From contig NW_025767319.1 of NCBI RefSeq assembly GCF_003918875.1, forward strand, positions 372,001 to 436,000: a DNA stretch of 64,000 nucleotides. The letters are read 5' to 3'. The position numbers and the translations under genes are program-made. How positions within the stretch are numbered: position 1 is the first letter of the stretch; each line of letters opens with the position of its first letter. A model generated the notes under the pieces. That model saw nothing but the letters and a program-made list of their open reading frames with translations, did no database searches and was not told where the DNA came from. This stretch comes from Haliotis rubra (taxonomy: Eukaryota). Below, one piece after another: positions 26,531 to 38,510 of the stretch.

Positions 26531-27342
26531 CCTTACCATAATATAACTGATTCAAGTTGTTTAATATCACCAGTGGTGAACAGTTGATGAAAACAGTGGA
26601 CAGTCCATTAAACCTTCACTGACCCAGCCATACTGACTTGATCAGGATTACTAATACTGATATTTTCCCAACTATACATGTTCATCTAATGGTTTAATAT
26701 TTGTACAAGAAATATAAAATGAAACATTGTTTAAGTTCAACATTTCAAAAGGTCTCTGATAAAAAATCCTTCATGACAAGTATATTTTATGATGCATATA
26801 TATAGATGAACGTAGTATAGCATGTCCACCTTATGGGATATGTGATCTTCGTGTGGATATAGTCAATACATATGCAGACCCCCACAGTCCATTACAGGGC
26901 CATGATCACCCTATTGAGCACTTGACAGTCAATGTGTTTACTCTGCTATCCAATGTAATGGGGACCTGTAATGTTGTGCTGTTAAATATTTGATTTGAAC
27001 CCCTTACCTGAAAGATTTGTCAGTCAGGTTTAACATTCATGACCTGTTCTGATGAAATTTGTAGAACTAGTTCTATTCAATATCATTTCTGGAGAAACAT
27101 TTGTTGTATAGCTTGAATTTCTTTATTTAGCTAAACATTTTTCTGACAAACTACACTTCCAGTGATAACTTTACAACAGTAATTAAAACTTCTTCTTACC
27201 ATCTCATTTGAGGTCTTGATCTGTGCAAAACTTTCTCTATTGTAATTCTAGTCTAGTCTACATGTATTTGAGGAAGACAATTTGTCATTTATACACCGTA
27301 CACACAAGATGAAGTGTTTAAGTTACCAATGTCATGGTTTAT

Positions 27343-27391
27343 AGCTGGAATAGTGCTAAAAAGGGGTGTAAAACCAAACTCACTCACTCAC
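27343..27391 (+). mobile_element. 5'-truncated SINE tail
   Basis: gctggaatagtgctaaa...aaactcactcactc, 11-bp TSD tcatggtttat. Confidence 0.8.
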
Positions 27392-27438
27392 TCATGGTTT
27401 ATTGTGGTTGGCAAAATAGGTGAGGTTTATAATTTTTC

Positions 27439-27625
27439 CTTATCCTGACTCATGCTCTTTTGCTTGTCTTCTTCTTCTTCCGAACATAGTGGAACACTTG
27501 TATCTCCCTAATTGAAGCTCCCTTCAATGTAAAATCACTAATTAGTACTCACCAAGAGTTGCTTCCCTTTCCGAAATGCGTGGGAAAGGAGGCGCCACCT
27601 CTTCCCACATGCTTCACTCTCTCCT
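27439..27625 (+). repeat. DIRS left ITR
   Basis: Reverse complement of 33494-33680; about 8 mismatches in 187 bp by eye. Confidence 0.95.
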
Positions 27626-27820
27626 TCTTCGCCCAGTGAGCAGGATGTGAGAGCGCCTGTGTCTCCCTACACACTATATCCTTTGATTATTCTTATTTAG
27701 TTACCTCTTTTAGTCATCTATAGAGGTTTAGCTAGTATCCTTCAACATTATGTATTGATATTTATTCGTATTTCTGCTGTTTATTCACGGGACGCCGTGA
27801 TTGTTCAGTAGTTTACGTTG

Positions 27821-30175
27821 ATGAAAATCTGTACTGTTTGCAGGTTACGTTTTTCTGCTGCTGATCCGCATTTAATATGCCCTAGCTGTACTGCACCATG
27901 TTCATTTTCTTCACGTTGCAGTTACTGTAATAATTTGTCTAATTCTGCTTTTAACAAATATTTACTTTGCGTTTTGAGACGCGCAGCAGATAGGTCACGT
28001 AAGCAGAGTCTAGCCATGGCTGATACATCTGAACCCCTCGCCAGTCAACTGCTGTCGGACGACCCCCTCCCGTCTGGTGTTCCGCTAGAGTTACCCTCGG
28101 AGGAGAGGCGTGGGACGCAGTCCGCCGTCTCCAAGAAGCGTCCTGCATCCCCAGACATCCCGTCGTCGCAGCCGAAGACTAAGAGGGCTTCTACTTCAAC
28201 TCAACGCAGACTCCGCACCCCAGGGCAGCGTCTACCTCCAAGGGGAAATCGGCGAAGTCTACAAGGACTTTCTCAGCTGAGATTGTTCCGCCGCCAGAAC
28301 TGGGCCTGTATGATTATCAGCCGATCATCATACCTGATGTGCATCACAAGAAAGCGACCGGTGTCGGCAACAGTGGCGTCAGCGCGCAGATCTACACGCA
28401 GCCTGATGTACCAGCGCTGATGTCTGATGATCTTCCTGAGGGTCCCGTCGCTACCAACGCAGATAGGGCAGCAACTACATCTTCGCAGACCGTCCCAGAC
28501 GACCTGGTTCTTCAGATTATGAAGATGATGGAAGACCGCTACGGACTGGAGAGACAACCAGCCCAGAGCCTGAGCCTTACGAAGGCTCCAACGTAGACGT
28601 CACCCCAGAGGGACCCCCCCCATCAACGTAGCGGCTGCTACCAAGTCATCGCTGAGGAACCCACCTGCGCGAAGGACGTCACAGCCCACCTCTGCGAAGG
28701 ACCCAGATGTTCAGCGTTCGCGAAAGCCTTCGCGAAGGACATCTAGATCGTCACCTACCTCGGACTCCGATGATCAATGCTCACGAAGAGGTTCGCGAAG
28801 GAAGATCCTCTCATCCCCGGACTCTGACTCGGACCCCCAGCCTTCGCGAAGGTCAAGTCGTCACTCCCCAGGACCGGACTCAGATGAAGCTTCGCGAAGG
28901 GCACCAGTTACAGGCTCCAAGTCATCTTCGTCTAGAAGGTCATCGAGGGATTCCCCAAGAGCTTCGCAAAGCTATCATCGTTCACCACATAGATCTCCGC
29001 GAAGGTCACCATACAGACGCAGCTCGTCAGGCCGTTCTCCACGTCGATCTCCTCGCCGTTCTCCACGTCGATCTCCTCGTCGTTCACCTCGTCGATCTCC
29101 TCACAGGTCACCACATTGTTCGCCTCACAAGTCTTCACGGAAGTCCCCAGACAGGTCTCCATTGACGTCACCCTGCAGAGCTGTACAAGTATACAGGACT
29201 CCACCTCAGTCACCATCGGAAGAGCATCAACCTCTTATCAGCGATCCCGTTACAGAAGATGATGGAGGCATCATATACTCCGACGCAGAAATACGCTACT
29301 GGATGGTTAACAACCTGGACCTATCTTCACCTTCCAAGAACGGTAACCCGGCCCACACCTATCTCATGAGGGAGGACGGCGCGCAGACACGATCACCCTA
29401 CCTCCGATCGACCCGATAGCAGCGGTCCCACAGAATCTGGACACAGCCTTCCATAAAGCCACTAAAGCCCAGGCGCCGCACTTACCACAGTTCAACGCCA
29501 AAAAGTTCTCAGCCCATAATATGGACCCATTTTTCAAGGCACAATAAATCGACGATAACTTCAAAGTCATCAACGATGCCAAGACTAAGATGTACAAGAT
29601 AGACGACCGCAAGCTGGTTCAGATCGAAACCATGACAAGAAGAATGTTCTTCGGCCTTAACAGATCAAGAACGATTAATGAAACTCTCATCACCAGATTT
29701 CGAGATTCTACATCAGAAGACGACAGAATGATATACTCGGCCCTCCTTATGCAGAAGAAGGACCAGCAGTTTTTAACGGATCATCTTACATCAGTCTCCG
29801 CAGCGCTAACTCTGGCTCGTTGTCAAGGTCTCCTGCAGTTGGGGTGAACAGTTCACATCTTCACTCTACACAGCCCCGTGGTCTTTGCCGTCAATCTTCG
29901 CTGGAGGAATAGATAAAGTCTCTAAAGAAGTCACCAAGGATTCAAGGGAAGTCCTTATGATAAAGTTGATGTACACGCTAGCTAGCGTCATCAGGCAGAC
30001 ATCACAGAGATATTCAGGAAGATCAAAGTTTACTGGCTTACAGAAAGCACGGGACAGGAAGATGGCCGGTTCAAGAGGAGGAAAAGATTCTTTTCGTAAG
30101 CCCATCACGGCAACTACAGGGGGAGGATCTGGAAGAGGCAGAGCACCCAGAGGCTCCCGCAACTATAAGCGATGA
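27821..30175 (+). pseudogene. DIRS gag-like ORF1, frameshifted and with stops
   Basis: N-terminal Cys/His finger (CTVC..DPHLICPSC..CSYC), low-complexity middle, RG-rich C-terminus; split across several ORFs. Confidence 0.75.
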
Positions 30176-31914
30176 AAGGCGGTTTGAGCGACTGGAGTCT
30201 TCCACCCCAGCCGTTCCAGTACAACCATCACAAGTGGGTGGGCGCCTTCAACTGCACTGGGAGAACTGGGGAATTCTACAGGATCCATATGTCTCCAACA
30301 TCCTACAACACGGATATCGAATCCAACTACAGGCCATGCCTCCGCTTACAGTCAACCCTCACAAGTTCGACTTCCAGGCTCAACAACTACCAAAGTTACG
30401 AGAAGCTGTTTCATCTCTCCTAACCAAGCAGGCCATAGAAGTACTGGATCAAGTAAACATCGAACCAGGCTTCTACTCCCCAGTTTTCCTAGTGCCCAAG
30501 AAAAACTCCAAGGAAAAGTTCGACTCATCTACAACATGAGCACGTTCAGCAGAGATTATCTACGCCAAACCGTAGCGTTTGCATGATACATCTACCTCAA
30601 CTACTGCACCTAGTTTGTCCCATGGACTACATGGCCAGTATAGATCTGCAGGATGCTTATCTACATATCCCGATACATCCCGAATCCAGGAAATGCCTAC
30701 TGTTTACACTAGACGGGCTGCATTACCAATGGAGAGTACTGCCATTTGGAATATCATCGGCCCCCTGGTTGTTCAAAAGAGTAACGAAACCTATCGTCAC
30801 TTACCTACATCGTCAAGGGCTACGCAGTGCGTTCTACCTCGACGACGGGATTCAAGTAGATCAAGATCCACAGCGTCTCAAACTACAGTTAAACTTCATC
30901 ATCAAGCTACTAACGCAGCTAGGATGGTTAGTAAATCTACTCAAGTCGGACCTAGAACCTACGACAAGATCTGCAATTTCTAGGCGTTCGATTTCTCACG
31001 ACACAGAACCGTATCGTCGTACCGGAGGACCGATGGCTCAAGATCCAACAGACCATCCCACAAGCCTTACTCTCTCCGCTACCACTACGACAATGGCAGA
31101 GTCTGTTGGGTCTCCTCACGTCAGCCCAAGACATGAGAGTCAGAGGCAGACTACAGTTACGTCCGTTACAGGTCCTCATCAATGCTCATCTCGACGACCT
31201 ACAACCATTCAGTCTACCGAAGCACATCAGACCTCATCTACTATGGTGGACCAGGAGGTTGAATGTCTGTGAAGGCATCTATTTAACAGAGCCGGAATTC
31301 AAAACCCATCTCTATGTAGACGCGTCGCTCCAAGGTTGGGGAGCTCATCTCGCCAACTGGACGGCATCAGGGTTATTGAACCAGCAAGAGAGCAAGCTGC
31401 ACATAAACATGCTAGAAATGAAAGCAGTAATCAACGCCCTACTATATTGGAGCACCATTCTACAGAATGCGCATCTAATGATTCACACCGACAACTCAAC
31501 AGTGACGTTTTATATAAACAAACAAGGCTCAATGAGATCATTGAACCTATTGACTCTATGCTTTCAACTGTTCGATCTAATCGACGATCTCAACATACAT
31601 GTCAGAGCATGTCACATTCCTGGAGCCAAGAATGTACTAGCAGACGCACTCTCTCGGCCACATCTACCGTCACCGACAGAATGGATGCTCCATACAGAAA
31701 TCTTTGCACAGATTATCAAGGAAATAGGAGCTCCGCTAGTAGACCTATTCACCACTCGCTTCAACAATCAGCTAACAACATTCGTATCACCAGTCCTGGA
31801 TCCACAAGCGTGGGCAACGGACGCACTAAGCATATCCTGGGAAGGCCTCAACGCGAAGCGTTTCCGCCGCCAGCGCTAATTCCAAAGGTGTTACAGAAAA
31901 TAAAGTGTGTCTAA
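30172..31914 (+). pseudogene. DIRS reverse transcriptase - RNase H - truncated methyltransferase-like domain
   Basis: VGGRL..W, FYSPVFLVPKK, IDLQDAYLHIPI, LPFG, YLDD (30835-30846), VDAS..GWGA, HINMLE, TDN, N..ADALSR, DLF..AFPP; several frameshifts. Confidence 0.93.
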
Positions 31915-32961
31915 ACAAGAGAGGTTATTCAGCCAGAGCGGCGAAAGCAGTCACGCTTGCTTTACGCAGTTCTAGGCGCAACTTGTATGACGACAAGTGG
32001 CACAGTTTTGAGACATACGCTGTTAAAAAGGGATTTACAGCTAGAAATGCTACATATCCACAAGTGGCTGACTACCTTTGTTACCTACGACAAACTAAAC
32101 GTCTAAAAGGCTCGACATTGTCAACATATCTCGCAGCTCTAAGTTCAGTGATAACTATGAGAACGGGTGTCAAGTTAACTAAGACTCCAGAGTTACTGGC
32201 CTTGCTATGTTCATTCCGATTGGAGGATCAGAAACAGAGATTTCGCGCTCCAGCATGGGATCTAAATGTAGTGCTCCAACACCTCACAAGTGAGGCCTAT
32301 GAACCACTGGAATCAACATCGTTTGAATTTCTGACACAGAAAACATTGTTCCTGTTATCCCTAGCAATGGCAGCCAGAAATTCACGCTCTAGATTATGAG
32401 AAAACACGTTTCGATGACAATCAAAACATAGTGCATATGGGACTGCGATGGAACTTTATCGCCAAGAATCAATTGCCAGGTCAACCAGACAGATTATTCC
32501 ATATCCCTGCACTTTCCTCAATTTCTCGGACCTCATGATATGCTTGACCTATCATTATGCCCAGTGAGAGCACTCAAAATCTATCTACAACGATCCAAAA
32601 CGAGGCGACGACAACTCAAGCGGTTATTCACCCCTCTATCGACAGCGACTCAGACCGAAGTCTCTCGTACCACGATATCGATATGGATCAGAACTGTCAT
32701 ACTTCATGCCCAAGTAACAAGGCTGCAGGACTCAACCCTCCAAGAGCATCTACTCCCCATGAAATCAGAGCACTGGCTTCGACACCCGCTCTACACGGAA
32801 ATTGCTCGTTGAATACCATTATGGAGGGCTGCTTTTAGAAATCCGACATGGTGTTTGCTAACCACTATCTGAGGGATATCACCACCGAGGACGTCTCAGG
32901 TATTCACCATTTCAGTCCCATGGTCCTCGCACAGCAGTTGACAGTCCCTCGTAGACGATGA
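31905..32961 (+). pseudogene. DIRS tyrosine recombinase, frameshifted
   Basis: PAWDL..VL, KTLFLLSLA.AAR, LCPVRAL..Y, HEIRALAS, F.NHYLRD; in-frame TAG at 32836. Confidence 0.9.
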
Positions 32962-33335
32962 GACATAGTCTCACGAGATTATTCTGTATATATCATACCA
33001 GTATTATCTAGCTTATAACTCTACGGAGTTTTGTGCTAATTATATACATATCTTAAGTCTACATTAGTCTTAAGCCCAGTACTGATGTTACATGTACATT
33101 GGGTCGCTTCTCCACTTTGGAGTCGCTTTTATACTATTATTATTATTATCATATTATCTAAATATTGTAGTACCCCCATCTATGGCAGCTGGTAGAACTT
33201 ATGTATTATAGCAGCAGGAATTATCTTAATTACAGTGCCATTATGAAGTTCCCGTAGGAGGTTATTACATATATAAATCACTAATTATTTAAATCCAAAG
33301 TATTCTGTTTCCCACCTCCGTTTCCGTAGGATTCT

Positions 33336-33420
33336 ACAAGCAAAAGAGCATGAGTCAGGATAAGGAAAAATATGTAATTTTCTGAATAAAATTGATATTT
33401 TATACTTATCCTGACTCATG
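33336..33420. other. DIRS internal complementary region (ICR)
   Basis: 33336-33371 is complementary to the left terminus; 33372-33420 is complementary to the right terminus (33665-33713). Confidence 0.93.
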
Positions 33421-33493
33421 AGGTAAGCCCTCCCATCCTCCCCACATAACACTTTGGATTTCCCTGTAAATTCAAGTGTTGGGCTCGTTAAAC

Positions 33494-33713
33494 AGGAGAG
33501 AGTGAAACATGTGGAAAGAGGTGGCGCCTCCTTTCCCGCGCATTTCGGAAATGGAAGCAACTCTTGGTGAGTACTAATTAGTGATTTTACATTGAAGGGA
33601 CCTTCAATTAGGGAGATACAAGTGTTCCACTATGTTTGCAAGAAGAGGAAGACAAGCAAAAGAGCATGAGTCAGGATAAGTATAAAATATCAATTTTATT
33701 CAGAAAATTACAT
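33494..33713 (-). repeat. DIRS right ITR plus right extension
   Basis: 33494-33680 inverts the left ITR; 33681-33713 is the extension complementary to the ICR. Confidence 0.93.
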
Positions 33714-35278
33714 TTTGAAGCAAATATTGATTAGAGGTGCAGAGTTCATGCCTAAGGGAAGAACTACTGTGTAGGGACATCGAAGCCATCTACTCAGAAC
33801 TTCCTCATACAGGCTTGACTTTGTTCTACCTATATGACTATGTGATATTTATTGCATATTTCATTAATCAGACGAGGTTGATGTGTTCTTATAGCAGGCG
33901 TGTAATCTCTGAATCAATAGAATATATAGTATATAAGAAATTGTTTTGTTCATGTTGTACAGATTTAGTACAGTACAGATTTTCAGGTAGTTAGCCTGAG
34001 ATGTAGTTCTTCAGTCAGTGAAATTGGCATTATATAAATTTGTCGGTCCTGTGCTTGCTGTTCATTCAGAATTTCACAGCTGATTCATACATTGCTGCCC
34101 CCCTGCATGTGTATGTTATAACTTTAGACTGGAATACACCTGGTCACACTGTATATTTATACAATGTAGTTTGTGTTGTTGTGTATTTGCCTCCATATAT
34201 ACAAGGTTCATTACAAATCCTTTTTAGCAAATCTTCAATAATATTAAATCCTTTCCAGAAACACTAATAACGATGACAACAAATATAGTTTATCACTGCA
34301 AAGTTTTGAAGATGAATGCCCACAGAAAAAACATTGAGGAAATTATACACGTCCTGCCTGGCTGCTTCATACAAGAACAACATAAATTCATGTGATACAA
34401 GGGAAGCAACTCTTGCCTACTTATTTACAACCACTCTGGTGCATACGTGTGTACATGCTTACCTGAAGGAAAACAATTGTTGTTAGATAGAATTACTTTG
34501 AAAGCTCAGATAGTCTTGTTTTGATTGTGTGTAATAACTGTTGTATATATTGCCATCTTAAATATTTGCTAACAGGGGTATACTAACTATAGATCATGGA
34601 ATTTGCCTCATATAGTTATTTTCTGTGGTTACAAGTGTGGGAAATGCTATATCCTGAGACAAGTCATGTGAAAACATGAATTCTGGTACAGTTTTCTGTA
34701 ATCAGTATGCTACATACATGAGTGTAATCACATCTGCAGTTGATAACTGGACATAGTTGGTGTGGTATAGTCTTCTACATAGACAACTATCATGATAGCA
34801 ACGTATACAGGTTAGGTCAGGAATGTTGTAGTATGTATCGTATCATGCTGAGGGTTTTGTTAACGCCTTTTTGTTTTTGACAATGGATATCAGAGCACTA
34901 TTTACCCAACGAATTCCATACTTAAGTGAATTTGGATAATAATGCATACAAAGCCATACTAACATATCTATTAATAAAACTATAAGCTTACTGACTGACA
35001 TTGAAGGAAATGCTGCAGGGGCTGCAACTGTGGAAGATGGTGAGGTATCATGCCCAGGGTAGCAGCCACAGGTTTACTTCAACATTTTATACAGCCTGTT
35101 GTCATTGTTAATTGTGCCATTCACTCACTTCTGGAGGAATGCCTATTCCTTAGCTGAACACATCATTACATTGATGTCTTGTGTGGCATTTGGCCAGACA
35201 CCAGTGGGGCAACTTGAAACTCTCATTTGCGTATTTGAGGAGTAAAATCGGTCTGGCCTCCAAGATTGTGGCTTATTT

Positions 35279-36143
35279 TTATCCCCCGCCGCGCGTTTAG
35301 CGTGAAGCAGGGGATATAGTATAAGGTTCCGTCTGTCTGTCCGTCCGTACGTGCGTATGTACGTACGAATTGGAATATCTCAAGAACCGTTTCCTGGATT
35401 TTCTTCATATTCAACCCCAATCTTTATCTAGGGAAGGCGCAGGGCCCAGTCGATTTTGGTGACCTTCACATAATTTTCAAGGTCATGGCGACACTTTGAA
35501 GATTTCAGCATGTAAACCTGCATGTTAAGCTATCTCAAGAACTGTTTACTGGATTTTCTTCATATTTAACACCAAACTTTATCCAGGGAAGGCGCAGGGT
35601 CCAGTCAATTTTGGTGTTCTTCACTTAATTTTCAAGGTCACAGAGACACTTTGAAGATTTCAGCATATTAATTAACCTACATGTTATGCTTGTCAGCGAG
35701 ATACCTCAAGAACCATTCACTGGAGTTTCTTCATATTTAAAACCAAGCTTCATCAAGGGAAGACACAGGGCCCAGTCGATTTTGGTGACCTTCGCTTAAT
35801 TTTTAGGGTCACGACGACACTATGAAGATTTCAGAATGTTAACCTGAATTGTCAGCAAGATATTTTAAGAACAGTTCACTGGATTTTCTTCATAGACTTT
35901 CAAGGCCTCCCTTGAATGTTTTTAAATAACCAGTTTCTTTAGTACTAGTTTTACATATTTCATACACTATTACATTCATGTCAAGGTCAAAGTCAGTCTT
36001 GAAAATATGTGTGTGTTTGAACAACTAAAGAGCAAGATAATGTTTTTGTTGACATTTAACTTCATCTTAAACTTTCATTACTTTATAAGTTTGATTTGAT
36101 AATTTGCAGCGGGGGATTATGTCACCTTAGTGACAATGGTTGT
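35279..36143 (+). mobile_element. HINE-like element, same family as 511-1731
   Basis: Near-identical termini and tandem units; lacks the nested SINE. Confidence 0.75.
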
Positions 36144-38059
36144 GTGTGATGTATCAGTGTCTGGGAGCCCCTATTCCTCCTCATCTGTCATTGTCCTTTT
36201 TGTCTTGGCGTTGTGCTCAGATCCAGCTAGGTTATGGGCAGATGTAGAAGATAGATCAGTCTGCTTCAGTGTTCCAGAGCTTCTCTCACTGATAACAAAT
36301 GGGAAGGCAAGACAAAATTATCTCAAACGAATAAGCAGGAACATATATCATGCTTCAAAATGTGACAGTTCCCAAGTGACAAAGTTTAGAATAGGTGCAT
36401 AAGAAATCCAGCCATTCCTAGCTGAGGGGTATTTATAATGTGCCATTTCTGATGATGGCATGCTGGCATTATTAAACACCATATTGTTCCCCCGGCCACC
36501 ACTGCTGGCGCTGAGACTGTCTGTTGGGAGTGTATCATGATAATGAAGCAGGATGTGGGCTGAAGCATAGTAATATATGATGCAGATTGACCAGCCAGTG
36601 AGTAACACCCATGTGAGATGCTCATTTGGTCTGACTCATGAATTCATCAATGTGACCATGCTGAAGCCATTGCTAGAAGAATTATTGTGTCTTTTTCATA
36701 GACCAGCATCATTTGTCAATATAACATCATGTACAATATGTATTAATTATGAAACAGGAATACAGTAACAATTTTACAAAATATGCCACAATTATTTTGC
36801 ATGAAATGCTGTGTAATGGTATTTTTGCAAATTATGTTTTAGGTTTCTGTAAACAATTATGAAAGAGATTTTTTAGATGTATTTTGTCTCAAATTAACCA
36901 TTTCTGTTTGTCTTTACTGCCACCATCTTGGCATATTTGGTAATAACTGAACTGGCTTTATTATGTTTTGATGAAAAAGTGCTGAAACTACAATATGCTA
37001 CTTTCTAAGGTGGAAATAATAATGGTTCCAGTTTACTGGTTTTGGTTGACACTCAACAAGATTATTTTTTATCAATCGAATATGAATTGTAAACGTGCTA
37101 CTTTTAAACATTGCTCCTTCAATGTGTTATATTACCCTCCAAATATCTGTGCATGAAGATGCTTCAATTATAAGATGGAAACATGCTTGAAAAAGATGTG
37201 ATAAGCTGCCTTAGATGATGTATTTGACTATTTAAACAGGCCGTGTAAATTTGCTTTGGCAGTGATGCTATTTTGTCCAGCAGCAGGGATCAGACAGGTT
37301 TGTTCAACTCCAAACACTTTTGTTCATCATTGATTTCAGGAACTTGTAGTTTGTAATTATTGATTGCCTCCAGTGGCCACCAGCCTTCATTGGCATCACT
37401 TTTGTGGTTGGCCTGTGTGCAGTTGTTTGTCGATAGGCTAGTTCCACTTGATTGAGGATTATTGGTGGGAGAGACTGCTTCTTTCCACTGTCACAGTGAC
37501 ATGTCACTTACGTAACAGGGTTCTGGGATACACTCAAGTTGGTTGAACTTAGGGCTTGTGACTGTATGGTAAATATCCCACAGTCTGTTGTAAGTCACAT
37601 TTAGTGGTGTGAGATTGTGACATACTCTCCTTTAGTTGTGTGACATGGCTGCATTTCTGGTAAAACATGCCCGTCAATTAAGGTAACATTCGTGTTGAGC
37701 CATATGGCTTGTTTGGACAATCTAGGTGCTTTAGAGAGTGTTGCTGTATCAAAGATAACAAGAAAATAAAATGCTGACTTTGTTTCAATTTGTGTATTGT
37801 ATTTTATGTTGAACCATTTGATGTCAGAGTGGAGGTTCAAGTCTCCTTCCTTATAACAAATCAGAGAGACACAGGAATAGTGACTGAAATTGTCCACATT
37901 CTGTCCAGTGTCCATTGTGTAGCTATTTCATATAAGTTTCTTGAATTCATCAACGACTGACTTCTGACAAGTGTGGGAAACATTGTTTTCCTCTGGTTAG
38001 AAATAGATCAGGTTAGTAGATAGAAAACTGTGTCAATGATTGTTGGGATTATTAGGTAG

Positions 38060-38510
38060 TAAGGCTGTTACGTAACGATTCACTCGCATATTCACTGAAT
38101 CGAACCGTAGCCCTTCATGAATTCAATTTGTTATTCGTGGTCACCAGAACCGAATATTAACGAATATTTACAATTTTTTTTTAAGGGAGCATGTTTTACT
38201 TGAACCCTTATGTCCTTTCCAAAGTGAGATATGCAAGAATGGAACATGTACTAGCATTGCAGAAGTGCAAGTCATGTTAGTTTGCCAAGACTACACATGG
38301 TACTGTCGACTATAACTATTACATACCAACTTTGAGTGGCATGAGATCACTGGTTATTGCTGTGACAAATCAAAACTGTCAACATGGGCGTTCCATAAAG
38401 TGCATCAATCACTTAACAACAATATTGTATTCGTGAATAATCATTCATTCGTTACCCAAAATTCATGATACGTATCATATTCGCCACATAGTGTATTCAT
38501 TGCAGCCCTA
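38060..38510. mobile_element. hAT-type MITE
   Basis: taaggctg..cagcccta termini, perfect 8-bp TSD ttaggtag. Confidence 0.8.

Larger units (their letters stand above)
27432..33716 (+). mobile_element. DIRS1-type tyrosine-recombinase retrotransposon, near full length, degenerate
   Basis: Inverted terminal repeats, internal complementary region, gag / RT-RNaseH-MT / YR order, ATTTT at both ends, no long TSD. Confidence 0.95.

Noticed and set aside
35010-35044. First-exon candidate MLQGLQLWKMV(S)
   Set aside because: The phase-2 donor (gtatca) is weak and a better donor 5 nt upstream is phase 0; ambiguous
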